Virus record (IMG/VR): IMGVR_UViG_3300027566_000003
From: a virus
Taxonomy: Duplodnaviria; Caudoviricetes
Direction: 5' to 3' (one strand)
DNA: 64,000 nucleotides
In this document: piece after piece, positions 11,380 through 22,344 of the stretch
Layout: the number at the start of each line of letters is the position of its first letter
Position numbering within the stretch: the first letter of the stretch is position 1
Program-made: the position numbers and the translations under genes
The notes under the pieces: generated by a model
What the model saw: the letters and a program-made list of their open reading frames with translations, nothing else
Told to the model about the DNA's origin: nothing
The model's database searches: none

Positions 11380-11520
11380 CCCCCTAAGTTCATTTCCTTG
11401 GGGGTCGGAGCGTCTTCATCTGTGATACACCAGATGTTGCCCATAACACTTAACTGTCTTATATTAGTCAGATATAAGATTAGCTCACCTTTCACATCTC
11501 AGTACGGGTGATTTGGGCAA
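11380..11520 (-). ncRNA. Candidate structured RNA (three-way junction plus two hairpins)
   Basis: Nested stems TTGCCCA/TGGGCAA, TCACC/GGTGA and TCTTATAT/ATATAAGA, then CATCTG/CAGATG and CCCCCAAG/CTT(A)GGGGG; GC-rich for this genome; intergenic. Confidence 0.55.
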
Positions 11521-12176
11521 ATGTAATTTTCTATTTTAAAAAATCTAACACATTCCCAACATCGACAGATAAAATATCTGATATTTTATTCCACTCTACA
11601 AATTCCGTGTCAAATTCTTCATCTTCTGTGTAAAATAAACCTTCTGGAACAATACTTGTGATTACGCCTGAATGTTTATATGCACCACTATTAATAAACG
11701 TGATATTCGCTCCAATAAAGATTATGAATGATTTGTTTTCTTCAGGAACAGTTATAATTCTACAATCTCTCATAATTACTGTTTTCATCCTAACATTCCT
11801 CCTCTAAAATATCTTTCAATTCCTCAATCACACTTTGAATCCTCATAATCGTCACATGTGGTAATACACCATGTTTATCGCTCGATAATTCTAAAAACTC
11901 AATGGCCTTTCTGATAAATGCGATATCGCTTTCTCTTACCATTATTATACACTCTCCTCCCAAATAAATCAATAGTTTAGAATATTTTATTTTCCACTTT
12001 ATTATACTACCACAGAAAAACAAATATTACAACTATTCTTCATCAATTATTCTCATAATTTTATGTCCATATTTTCTACAATGACTAATTGCCTCATCTC
12101 TGAAATAAAAAGCATCGATCCAAACATCAGTGTCATACATTTGAAACAGGAAAATGATTATGGGTAATTCAAATCC

Positions 12177-12384
12177 GAACCTCTGCACACGCTAAAGCGT
12201 GGCAGGTTCTTATGTACTCATGAATTTCTTTTATACTCTCATTTATAGGTATTGTACTCATCTATAAACTACAACATATAAATACTAATCATTTTCCATA
12301 AGAATTTCACTAACAATTAGTCCATTAACTAAATTGGCGTTAGTATCAAGCCCGATTCTCGACTTGTTTTTAATATCTAATATT
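12177..12384 (-). ncRNA. Putative TnpB omegaRNA/reRNA scaffold, element 1
   Basis: Region between tnpB stop and right end; shares a near-identical ~55-nt block with element 2 and shows covarying stems. Confidence 0.6.
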
Positions 12385-13837
12385 TTAAAATATATTCCTT
12401 AACATTATTTTCAACTCTGAATTTTTTAATCGCTCTATCTCAATATCATGTAAAACTTTAAAGCTTTGAAATTTCTCAAAACATAAATCCCTATTAATTG
12501 TTTCTAAATCATCATTAACATTCATAATAAGAAAACTGCTATATAAGTCTCTCTGTATCTTAAATTCACAAAAATCATTCCATCTTTCGTCTAGTTCCTT
12601 TTTTTGTGAATTGGTCATTAATATGATTATATTGACTAGCTTTCACTTTCCAAGTATCAATTTTCTTTAAATTCTTATCAATCCATTTTAATTTATTGTC
12701 CAATATAGTCAAAAACATAGCTGGTGCTTTATTTGCTAATGATTTTCCAAATCTTTTTTTCTTGTTAAACTTACCTGTCTTTTTATCGACAGTAGTATTC
12801 TTAGCTCTAGCTTGTAACCCCTTGTAGCTCATTGTCTCAACCTTAATATCATTACCCAATGTTAAAATATAATTAGCAAGTCGATTATGAGATTGCTTTC
12901 TAATTTCTCTTTGCTTTCGTTGCAATTCTTTTAACTTCATTTGAGTTTTTATATAATGATTGGATTTGATCCATTTGTTTTTATCTTTGGTATTAATTGT
13001 ACCGTTATCGTTAAACTTATTAGGATTAGTAGAACGTCTGGAACGATCCATTTTTCTTTGTAATACTCTCTTTTGCTTTTCAATATTTTGTACTTCTGGA
13101 ACTAATTCAAGTAATTTGACTTCACTATTAGAACAATAAGCTACAGTTTGGGTTCCAATGTCTAAACCAACTACACCATCATTATTATAATGTTTAATTT
13201 CGCCTGTATCTTTGTTGATCTTTATTGGAGGAATTCCATCTAAAACTAACTGAACATAATAATGATATTTACCTTTAATTATTTCTCGTTTAATACGGCA
13301 ATATTTTACTCTATTTTGTAAAGACATATGAACATATATATCATTCTTCTTGATGATCACAGGAATTTTTAGTCCTGCAAACAATATATTATTATCTCTA
13401 AACCTAATACCTTGTTTATTAGTTTTTCCTTCAATGGAATTTAATTCACCATAAGACTTATATTTAATCTTTTTAGCTTTATGAAATATTAATCCTTGGA
13501 AAGCATTAAATGCTCTTGTAGCAATTTTTTGAACAGTCATAGCATCAATATTAAAATATTTTCCCATTGGTTTAATAAAGTCATGAAGTGAATACTCTGT
13601 TAATTTATACTTTTTGTTCAAAGTATTAAATATTTTATTTCTATCTTTACCTTTATATTTACAATTCTTTTGGTATTCTTTAGATTCTCTCATATGGTTA
13701 TATCTTTTATGCAATTCAGTAATGCAAGCATTATAAATTTTTCTACATTTCTCAAAATTCTTATCCAAGACATCATCTTGAAATTTTTCTGTTTTTAGTG
13801 GAAGAGTCAAAACAAAATTAGACAGAGTATTCACCAC
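12385..13837 (-). pseudogene. tnpB: TnpB RNA-guided nuclease with +1 frameshift in an A7 run at ~12599-12605
   Basis: RuvC motifs GLDIG, IKVETM and (second frame) QRDLYSS; KELDERWNDF continues in the 12385..12618 frame, matching the intact copy at 32107. Confidence 0.85.
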
Positions 13838-13882
13838 CTTTCATTAATTTATTATATCATGTTTGTATATTAATTACAAAAA

Positions 13883-14034
13883 TTATTTTCCTTGATTTTC
13901 AATATATTGTTTAACTGTTTCCAATGATACACTACCAACCGTACTAACAAAACTACTTCCACTCCAGAACTTTCCACCCCATAATTTAGTTTTTCTAATA
14001 TGAGGAAATTCCTCAAACAATCTGTAAGCATTTT
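13883..14034 (-). pseudogene. tnpA: 3' remnant of IS200-type transposase
   Basis: Translates to AYRLFEEFPHIRKTKLWGGKFWSGSSFVSTVGSVSLETVKQYIENQGK*, fused directly to the left-end hairpin; HUH motif missing. Confidence 0.85.
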
Positions 14035-14196
14035 CTTGTTTTAGCATAAGCTAAGGCTTAGCAGTTATGTTTCATTTGTATGAATAATTTCTACTTGCAT
14101 GATTTACACCTCTTGTATTCTATTATACTCCTATTTATTTAATTTTTCTACTGTTAAAATTTATATATTTAATTTAAAATGCGTGTTTGAATTGAT

Positions 14197-14970
14197 TTAT
14201 AAATATTTCTCGATATATTCCCTGTCTTGTGTAAAAATAGGAATATTTTCATCAATTACCCACCTGCTTCGCATAATCCCTTCTTTATCATATTGCTCTT
14301 TTACAATACAAATTCCACGCTTTTGATAAGTTGGCAAATCATTAAAGTTAATTTCTTTCTCTTGAAATAACATCTCTTGAATTTGATTACATGTTTTATT
14401 TTGTAGTTGTTTGTGACTAAAGTTTGCCTGACCAACCATTTGTATAGCATTCCTAGTTGCGTCTTGTTGTCTCCAAATAAAAGCGTTGCATACTTCCTCT
14501 TTTGGAATATTATAAACTCTACTATCAAACATTGCAGTTCCGACTCTTGAATAATATCTTTCCCATTGCCTACCTTCCTCGCCACTATTGACTTCAAGAT
14601 TATTTACTTTTTCTCTAAAACCTTCATTAAAAGCCATAGTTGCCATACTTGCAGAGATAGAAACCATCTTTTGTATGTTTTTATCAAACCATGCTTGAGT
14701 AGTAAGAGCATCGTAATCAGTAATTAGTAAAGTTATTTCATCACTTTGAGTATACGCAATTTTACAACCCATAACATTCTTACAAAGATACTGTGCTGTT
14801 TCCCACATACTATTCATTAATATCATATCAAATGGTCTTTGGAATCCTTTAGTGAATGTATGAAATGCTTTGCCATCAAGTCTGATTAATGTAGGCATTC
14901 TTTTTGTTAGATGTTTTCTCTCAATATTTTCATAACCCTTCATTCTATCTCCAAGATTATCTTTGCTCAT
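14197..14970 (-). CDS. thg1: tRNA(His) guanylyltransferase Thg1-like protein (3'-5' polymerase family)
   Basis: DRMKGYE, RLDGKAFHTFT, YTQSDEITL, KMVSISAS, FDSRV, WRQQDATRN; start MSKDNL with SD GGAGG. Confidence 0.92.
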   Translation of the reverse strand: MSKDNLGDRMKGYENIERKHLTKRMPTLIRLDGKAFHTFTKGFQRPFDMILMNSMWETAQYLCKNVMGCKIAYTQSDEITLLITDYDALTTQAWFDKNIQKMVSISASMATMAFNEGFREKVNNLEVNSGEEGRQWERYYSRVGTAMFDSRVYNIPKEEVCNAFIWRQQDATRNAIQMVGQANFSHKQLQNKTCNQIQEMLFQEKEINFNDLPTYQKRGICIVKEQYDKEGIMRSRWVIDENIPIFTQDREYIEKYL

Positions 14971-16015
14971 TTTTATCTCCTCCATACTTCCATTTACTCA
15001 TTCGTTCTCTATCTTTCAATATCTAAAAGACTATAAAATATCTATTTCGAAGTGTATTATTTTCTGATTGTTACTCCAATTAAACCTTTAATAATTTCTT
15101 CCTTTTCTTTAGTATAAATTCTTTTTAATTCTAATTCATAATTAATTGTATTAGTCTCAAGAAAATCAATAAATTTTCTATCAAATTCCATTCCGTCTTT
15201 AACTTCAATTGTAATATTGACATTATATTTTTCTATTTGATTGTTTTTAGTTTCATCAAATTTCTCTAAACAACTTTCTAACCAGGCGTTTCCCCACGAA
15301 CCACTTTTCTCATCAATTTTAAGTTTGTAACACAATGGATAACTACTACTAAGTTGTTCAATAATTCCAATCTTTCCTATGTTGTCATGATTCATTGCGT
15401 CTATTATTTTAACTTTATCTCCTACTTTAAATTTATGCATTGATAACACTTCCTTTGCTATTTTTATAACATAAAACTCTACTTTCGTATGCTTTCCCAT
15501 TTACCAATAGGACAATCTGGAAAATCCCCTTGATGACTAATCGCCCAATTTAAGTCACTGAAAATCATCTTATTATTTTGTAATTTACAATGATAATCTA
15601 TTGAATCAATTGTTCCTGTTTCATAAACTATCGTATAAGAGTGTAAACAATTATAGCATAACTGTGGCTCTAAATAATGTTCACATATAATTTCTTTTGG
15701 TATGAATTTATTTTGTTTATTACAAAAAGAATAAAACTCCCATATACCATTTTGTTTATCATACTCATCTTTAAAATATCTGCATTCTTTATCAGAACAA
15801 GTTTCTTCCAACTTATTTTACCTCCAATTCCATCGAAACTTTTGATTTATCCCCTAACCTAATCTCATAATTAACTCAAATATATTTTTACACTTTTTAC
15901 ATTTAATCCTTATCATTTCACTTGTTTTCAATGGGTCATTATTTAGATTTTCATAAGTTTGGACTGTATCACAATCCGCACAAATCCATTCTAATTTTAT
16001 CATTCTTTTCACTCC

Positions 16016-16453
16016 TTATTGCATATTAAATAAAATATTTATCAATTTATCCCTAGCATTCCCATACTTAACCATACGATCATAATCTTTCCCAGTTGGA
16101 TTCTTGATTCTAGACATATTCATATTGTCCTCTAAATCTGCTAACTTAACATTAATAGCTAATTCATCCTGACTTATGCGATCAATATAATCATCATAAC
16201 TCTCGTTTTTACGTCTAGTCAAAGTTAAAATATGATTAACTAATTCATAATCCAATCCTTGATTTAACAAATCTTGGTCTGTTAATTTTGTGTCCTCAAT
16301 AATATCATGCAGCACAGCAATAATTCTTTGTTTCTCATCTTTAAGTTTCATCATAACTCTTAATGGATGCAAAATGTAAGGTTCGCCACCTTTATCCAAT
16401 TGCCCTTCATGTGCTAAAGATGCTATTGAAATTGCTTGTTCTAAAGTCATCAT
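16016..16453 (-). CDS. HD-domain RelA/SpoT-type hydrolase (small alarmone hydrolase / Mesh1-like)
   Basis: AISIASLAHEGQLDKGGEPYILHPLRV...AVLHDIIED...VKLADLEDN. Confidence 0.85.
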   Translation of the reverse strand: MMTLEQAISIASLAHEGQLDKGGEPYILHPLRVMMKLKDEKQRIIAVLHDIIEDTKLTDQDLLNQGLDYELVNHILTLTRRKNESYDDYIDRISQDELAINVKLADLEDNMNMSRIKNPTGKDYDRMVKYGNARDKLINILFNMQ

Positions 16454-17566
16454 TATATTTAATCCACCTCTCCAATCATAATATTTTCCATTAATTCTAC
16501 CACTTCATCCTCAGAATATCTATCAAAAAGATAATACATTTCTCTATCTAAACTATCTAATATATTCTTGTTATTTTTCGCTTTAATGATACCTGCTTTG
16601 ATTAAATTGTTGAGTGCCACCATCGCATATGCTTGTGCTTCAGAATTTGTCATTTGAATATCCTCCTTTTATTAATTTTAAACTAAATCAAAATCTCCTT
16701 TTATGCTATAAATTAAAATAATCCCCAAATAAATCTACCCTAATATGGTTGTAATTTCTTCAATGCTTTTTTCGGTACAATACAATTAGTAAATTCACCT
16801 TCACCGTATTCGCTTAATTTGATACCAAATCCTTCAAGTAAGATTTTATCATCTTTATTACACGCTATCCATCCTTTTAACATAAATTCAATAAACATTA
16901 ATATAATAATTTTCAAGGAAATCATCAATTAGCATTTTCCAATGGTTATTATAACCATGTTTATTATATAATTTATCCTCGATATTTACTTCCCACAAAT
17001 TTACTTTTGCACAGTTTGATACCCAGTCTGATTTTTCGATAAATTTGGTCAAATATCTTCTACCAAAGACATCAAGTTTTGTTTTATCTTGTATATTTCC
17101 TAGATACTCTTTCATGCAAAACTTTTTTAATTCTATAGGGATGTATATCTCAATAAATTCTGTGTCAATATCTTTTAACTCTCTGCAATAAAAATTTTCT
17201 TTCCGATCAAATATTTTAGCTTTATTAATATCATTTGTAAATATTAGAACATTTTCATCTCTTAATAATATTTTATTAATGTTCTCATTTATGTAACCAT
17301 TTATTGTATGACAATAATACATTTTACTCCTCCTTAAAACACATAAAAAGCAAGATTTGCTGGTATTATTTTAAATCAATATTTCTTACTCCTAAAATTT
17401 CCATTGCATCTTGTATTTCAAAATCTTTCAAAAACCCTCTTTTAAAATCTACATCTTCAATCATAGATTCCTCTGATTCATACCAACTATAACCAAAATC
17501 AGTCATTCCTTCATTGTTTTCATAGGAATAAGTTATTAGAAAATTATTATCCACATAATTCACTCC

Positions 17567-17743
17567 TTATACTCTCATATTCCATTTATCAATAGCATCA
17601 TTTTCTGTTGCTCCATTATTCCCGTCTACCCATGCACCTTCAGCACCACAAGACTGACATTCTATCCACATAGAACCCCAACCACCTTCTTCTCTAAATT
17701 CACCTTCGCCTCCACAAAATGGACATGGTTTAATTTCTTTCAC
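17567..17743 (-). CDS. Lar-family restriction alleviation protein (58 aa; below the ORF-track cutoff)
   Basis: Manual translation from GTG: MKEIKPCPFCGGEGEFREEGGWGSMWIECQSCGAEG...AIDKWNMRV; SD AAAGGA. Confidence 0.8.
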   Translation of the reverse strand: MKEIKPCPFCGGEGEFREEGGWGSMWIECQSCGAEGAWVDGNNGATENDAIDKWNMRV

Positions 17744-18454
17744 TTATACCATTCCTTTCTAAAATACTAGGAAAATATAATTTTATCCTACTTTTCAATC
17801 TCTAATAAGTGGTATTCCATATTTCTCTTTCCAATATTCTACTTGATTTAACGCCTCTGGTTTAGAATACACGTAAACTGCATCGCCAATCTGATTACCT
17901 TCTTCATCTTTTATTCTAACTACCCACGATCTTTCTGAACGAAAGTGCCACATATCAATACTAAATGGTTTTGCATTATGATATTCTATTTCTGTGTCAA
18001 CACTGTCTAGAAATTTCATGTGGTACTCATCTCCTTTAAATTAATAACACTCTGTCCAATGTTCTCCGGTTTCCTCTCCCCATTGTGAACGATGGTCAAG
18101 TAAATCGCCCTGCATATTATAATCACTATCGCATTTATCACAAGTGTTTGTAAAACTACTTAGAACAACTTCTTCTCCACATGAACATTTACCAATAGCT
18201 GGTTCAGTATAACTCCACTTGTCTTTCTGTATTCCTTCGGCAATTACATCATATTCACCATTAATACATTTTTGGTAATTCTCTTTATTTGCATCTGTTA
18301 ATAATACATTGCCTTTTTCATCACAGTCAAAGTTAAATCCACTACCAGGAGTATCACTCCACTCAAATGATAAATAATACCGAACATTAGTTTTTCTTTC
18401 ACGCTGTTTAATGATTTTCATATGTATTACCTCCTAGATTTTCTTCTTGACAAT

Positions 18455-18483
18455 AGTATATACCCTATCACAATTGAATGCAA
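18455..18483 (-). promoter_or_regulatory. sigmaA-type promoter
   Basis: TTGCAT-17 bp-TATACT upstream of the 18421 ORF. Confidence 0.6.
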
Positions 18484-18511
18484 TAGGGTATAAATAATTA
18501 TTTTATGTTTA

Positions 18512-19912
18512 TTATGTATTCGAAAATAGTGCCTTGAATATTTCTTCTAAGACATTAACCACAATACTATTTCCAGCCATCTTATATATTTGACTATTTG
18601 AAATACCGCTATCTTTTAATATGTAATAATCTTCATCATCAAAACCCATAAGCCGGAGGCACTCCAAAGGAGTTAGTTTTCTAATTCTATATGTATTTTC
18701 TAAATATAATCCAGTATTACTACCCAAACCTCCTCCATTAGTTTTCTGACAACATGCAATTCCTTCACTATCATAAACTCTATATCCTTCTTTATAATTT
18801 CTACTTAAATTATTTTTATCTTCTATCCATTTTTCTGTTGTATCAATACCTCCAACAAATTTTAATTCATTGTTTTCGAGTATCTTTGGTTGCCTGTTCC
18901 CTCCTGTCATTGTATTAAGCGTAGGACTTAACCCATCTGGGTCATACACCCTTCTTATTTGCTCGTTTCCTTTTATATCTAACATTCCAACTTGCATAAT
19001 CCCTGTTCTGGCGGCGTGATTGTCCAATCCTTTACCATAATTAGCATCAATACAACTACAAATATCATCTTCTTTTATTTTTACTGTTCCATGATTTATT
19101 TGCATTGCTACTTGTGGTGGTTCTTTATACATAGAAGAAGTTAAAGTGCAACATAATCCATCATCTCTTATTTGAGTATCTTGCATTTTTGTATTTACAC
19201 AAACCATATCCCACTGATGTCTATCTAATGACCCTCTTCCTCCAGACCGTACAGTATTAGAAAATTCTTTTTCTTTTAATTGTTCAACTAATTTTTCAGT
19301 CTTATCTTGATTTATATAATATTTTTCATCTACATCAGGTTCGAGTAAATCCCTTAATCTTAAACCGTTATCAAATTCTTTTGGAAAATTGAATTTTTGT
19401 ATTACATCCTTACGTATACTAATAATAAAAATTCTTTCTCTATTTTGTGGTATTCCATGATTTTTTGCATTCAATATTTGTTTATAATTTACATATCCAG
19501 CTTCTTCAAGACTGTTTAACATTTCTTTGAATTCATTTTTAAATTTCTTTTGGGTTAAACCTTTAACATTTTCCATTATACAATATTTTGGTTTCTTCTC
19601 TTTAATAATTCTCAACGCATCGAAAAACAATATTCCTCTTTTATCTTCAAATCCTAGCTGCTTTCCGGCATTACTGAATGCTTGGCATGGGGGCGAGTAA
19701 CATATCATATCACAATCTGGCAATGACCTTTCATCAAGTGTAGTGATATCTGTTACTTGATAGTTTGAATTATGTATTACATTATAACTTTTTATTGTTT
19801 TTTTATCTTTTTCTATTGCAGATACAACTTCATAGTTTACATTTAATCTATCTAATGCTTTGGAATATGCTCCTATTCCAGCAAACAATTCTATAACTTT
19901 TAACTTTTCCAA
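18512..19912 (-). CDS. DNA (cytosine-5) methyltransferase with long variable (TRD) region
   Basis: Motifs ELFAGIG (I), PPCQAFS (IV), ENVKGL (VI), PQNRERIF (VIII), RKLTPLECLRLMGF (IX), AGNSIVV (X); no cognate REase nearby. Confidence 0.95.
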   Translation of the reverse strand: MEKLKVIELFAGIGAYSKALDRLNVNYEVVSAIEKDKKTIKSYNVIHNSNYQVTDITTLDERSLPDCDMICYSPPCQAFSNAGKQLGFEDKRGILFFDALRIIKEKKPKYCIMENVKGLTQKKFKNEFKEMLNSLEEAGYVNYKQILNAKNHGIPQNRERIFIISIRKDVIQKFNFPKEFDNGLRLRDLLEPDVDEKYYINQDKTEKLVEQLKEKEFSNTVRSGGRGSLDRHQWDMVCVNTKMQDTQIRDDGLCCTLTSSMYKEPPQVAMQINHGTVKIKEDDICSCIDANYGKGLDNHAARTGIMQVGMLDIKGNEQIRRVYDPDGLSPTLNTMTGGNRQPKILENNELKFVGGIDTTEKWIEDKNNLSRNYKEGYRVYDSEGIACCQKTNGGGLGSNTGLYLENTYRIRKLTPLECLRLMGFDDEDYYILKDSGISNSQIYKMAGNSIVVNVLEEIFKALFSNT

Positions 19913-19990
19913 TGTATTTTAATCCCTCTTTCTTATATTATTATATTTATACAATAAAGTATGAATATTATCGGAAATTTATTTTATGTA

Positions 19991-20723
19991 TTAACCATTT
20001 CCAGCAAACTCACCATACAATTCTTGTCTCATCCTTTTAGCATATGCTCCGGCTTCTTCTAACTGGTTTTTCTTAAACCTCTTTAAACAAGTATTTTTGC
20101 CATCTACCATAAGTTGAACAGACCACCCACTTCCATTCCAAGAGACGTTGCGATGACCAGATTTATTATTAGAATTTTTACCACTTCTATGTGTATCATT
20201 TGGTCCAATAACCGTAATTCTTAAATTTTCTTTTCTATTATCTAAGGTATCGTGATTCCAATGATCTACTGTAATATTAGGATCTGTTACATTCATAATA
20301 AATCTTGCCAAATAAATAGTTTTATGTGTTTTCTCGCCATCTGTTTCTTCATATAAAGTGTACGCAGAATAATATGTTTTTGTACATGGTTTATAATGAG
20401 TATTCCACATGTAATTAACTTCTTTTAATCTTTCAATTTCGTCTGCGTCTACTATTATTTCATGTATATCTCCATTTCTTTTTTCAAAATAAAGTGTTGC
20501 CACTTCTCCTTCAATTTTGTAACTATTGAATCCTTTATTATTCTTCTTTATACATCCTACACGACCCCTTGCCTCCTAGTAATTCTTTTGCTGTAGTTAT
20601 GTAATTTTTATTTCCACATTTACATTCGCATCTATAATATTCTGCTGTTTTATGTTTCTTACTATAATCTCTTTCAATAACTGTTAATCTACAAAATTCC
20701 CTACCAATTAAATTTTCTATAAT
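19991..20723 (-). pseudogene. HNH/AP2-type endonuclease split by a 1-nt insertion at ~20558
   Basis: Upstream frame IENLIGREFCRLTVIER...YRCECKCGN...GKGSC joins GCIKKNN...GEVATLYFEK (ORF 19991..20503, VDHWNHDTLDNRKENLR) if base 20558 is removed; likely ATT start at 20723. Confidence 0.75.
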
Positions 20724-20756
20724 TAATCAATCTCCTTTATTATATTTCATTTTTGA

Positions 20757-21258
<502 letters not shown>

Positions 21259-21774
21259 TTATTTCCTCTTTCTATTATTTATTTATTACTTCCGATCAAT
21301 TCTGGTTTTTATTGCAATTGTTCATCATACTCTTCTTCTTTACAAAAATAATCACTCGCTCAATATCTTTTATATTCTATTTCAGGGACTATTAATCTGT
21401 AATCATTTCCGTAATTAGTTTTCTGCTTGATTATTTCCAACGAACGACTATTTGTGGCATCAGTATTATAATTAATCATAAATCCTAATATAAGAATTTG
21501 TTTCGCAATATCATCAGAAATATTTTCAAATCTATTTTCACATAGTTTGTCGCAAATATATTTGGTTTTATCATCAAATCCATCTGTATAATCAACAGTA
21601 GTATAACCCCACACATATTTACCACTAGGAAATCCATTTTTAAACATAACATATACATAAAAATGATATTTTTTATTTGAATCACCATTTTTATGCAAAG
21701 ATATTTTTAATGTCTCTTCATCAGGAAAATATGAAAACAATTTATTTATTTCATTTAACATCTTTACATCCCCT

Positions 21775-22344
21775 TTATTGTTTGTTACTCAACAACTCAT
21801 AACTATCAATACCATACCTATCTCTAATAAATCCAAAATACCTATTATATGTATCTTCATCATCCATATTTGCAAAATCTTCTAATGTATGACCATAATT
21901 ACATGCTAAACTATCATTCAGATTCAGCATCATTTCTAATATCATTCTGGTTTCATATTCCAATTTAATCTTTCTATAATTATTTAAATAATACTCCTGT
22001 GCTGAACCTCCAAACTTTAAACTCATAACCTCCCAATCAGATATCATTTGTCTTAAATAACGATCAGGGATCGGTTTAGGTTTGCCATTTTCATCTAACC
22101 AGTGATCCCAATGATGAGGATTGTTTTTGTAATGATGTTCCCATGCTTTATCAAATTCTTCTTTAAATTCATCTTTGTTTATGTAAAAATATTTTGCATA
22201 TGCTACAAACTCTTGTGGACTGAATTTACTTAAATCATGGGTGATGGCGTGTTTGTATAGCCCCTTCGACCAACAAATTTTAAATATATTCTTCTTGTGT
22301 TCTAATACATATTTAAAGTAATCCCAATATGGTTTAATATTCAT
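21775..22344 (-). CDS. HD-like hydrolase (DUF5662-like)
   Basis: H...HAITHDLSKFS..EF...AWEHHYKNNPHHWDHW...MISDW. Confidence 0.65.
   Translation of the reverse strand: MNIKPYWDYFKYVLEHKKNIFKICWSKGLYKHAITHDLSKFSPQEFVAYAKYFYINKDEFKEEFDKAWEHHYKNNPHHWDHWLDENGKPKPIPDRYLRQMISDWEVMSLKFGGSAQEYYLNNYRKIKLEYETRMILEMMLNLNDSLACNYGHTLEDFANMDDEDTYNRYFGFIRDRYGIDSYELLSNKQ

Larger units (their letters stand above)
12177..14079 (-). mobile_element. IS200/IS605-family element 1 (non-autonomous: tnpA internally deleted, tnpB frameshifted)
   Basis: Left-end hairpin TAAGC-CTTA-GCTTA (~14046-14060) and right-end hairpin CACGC-TTTA-GCGTG (~12187-12201); removing the element rejoins a 54-aa ORF (14100 to 12033). Confidence 0.85.

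Noticed and set aside
11485-11511. Hammerhead ribozyme or TPP riboswitch, based on CUGAGA...GAAA
   Set aside because: Lacks hammerhead stem I/II and the UH cleavage triplet, and lacks the TPP CUGAU/GGGA pyrophosphate helix; kept only as an unassigned RNA
12168-12190. tRNA T-arm-like GGTTCGGATT
   Set aside because: It is the IS right-end junction; no cloverleaf or acceptor stem can be built
12595-12610. Programmed -1 frameshift in tnpB at the A7 run
   Set aside because: A -1 slip hits a stop immediately; a +1 shift is needed, so mutation or sequencing error is more likely
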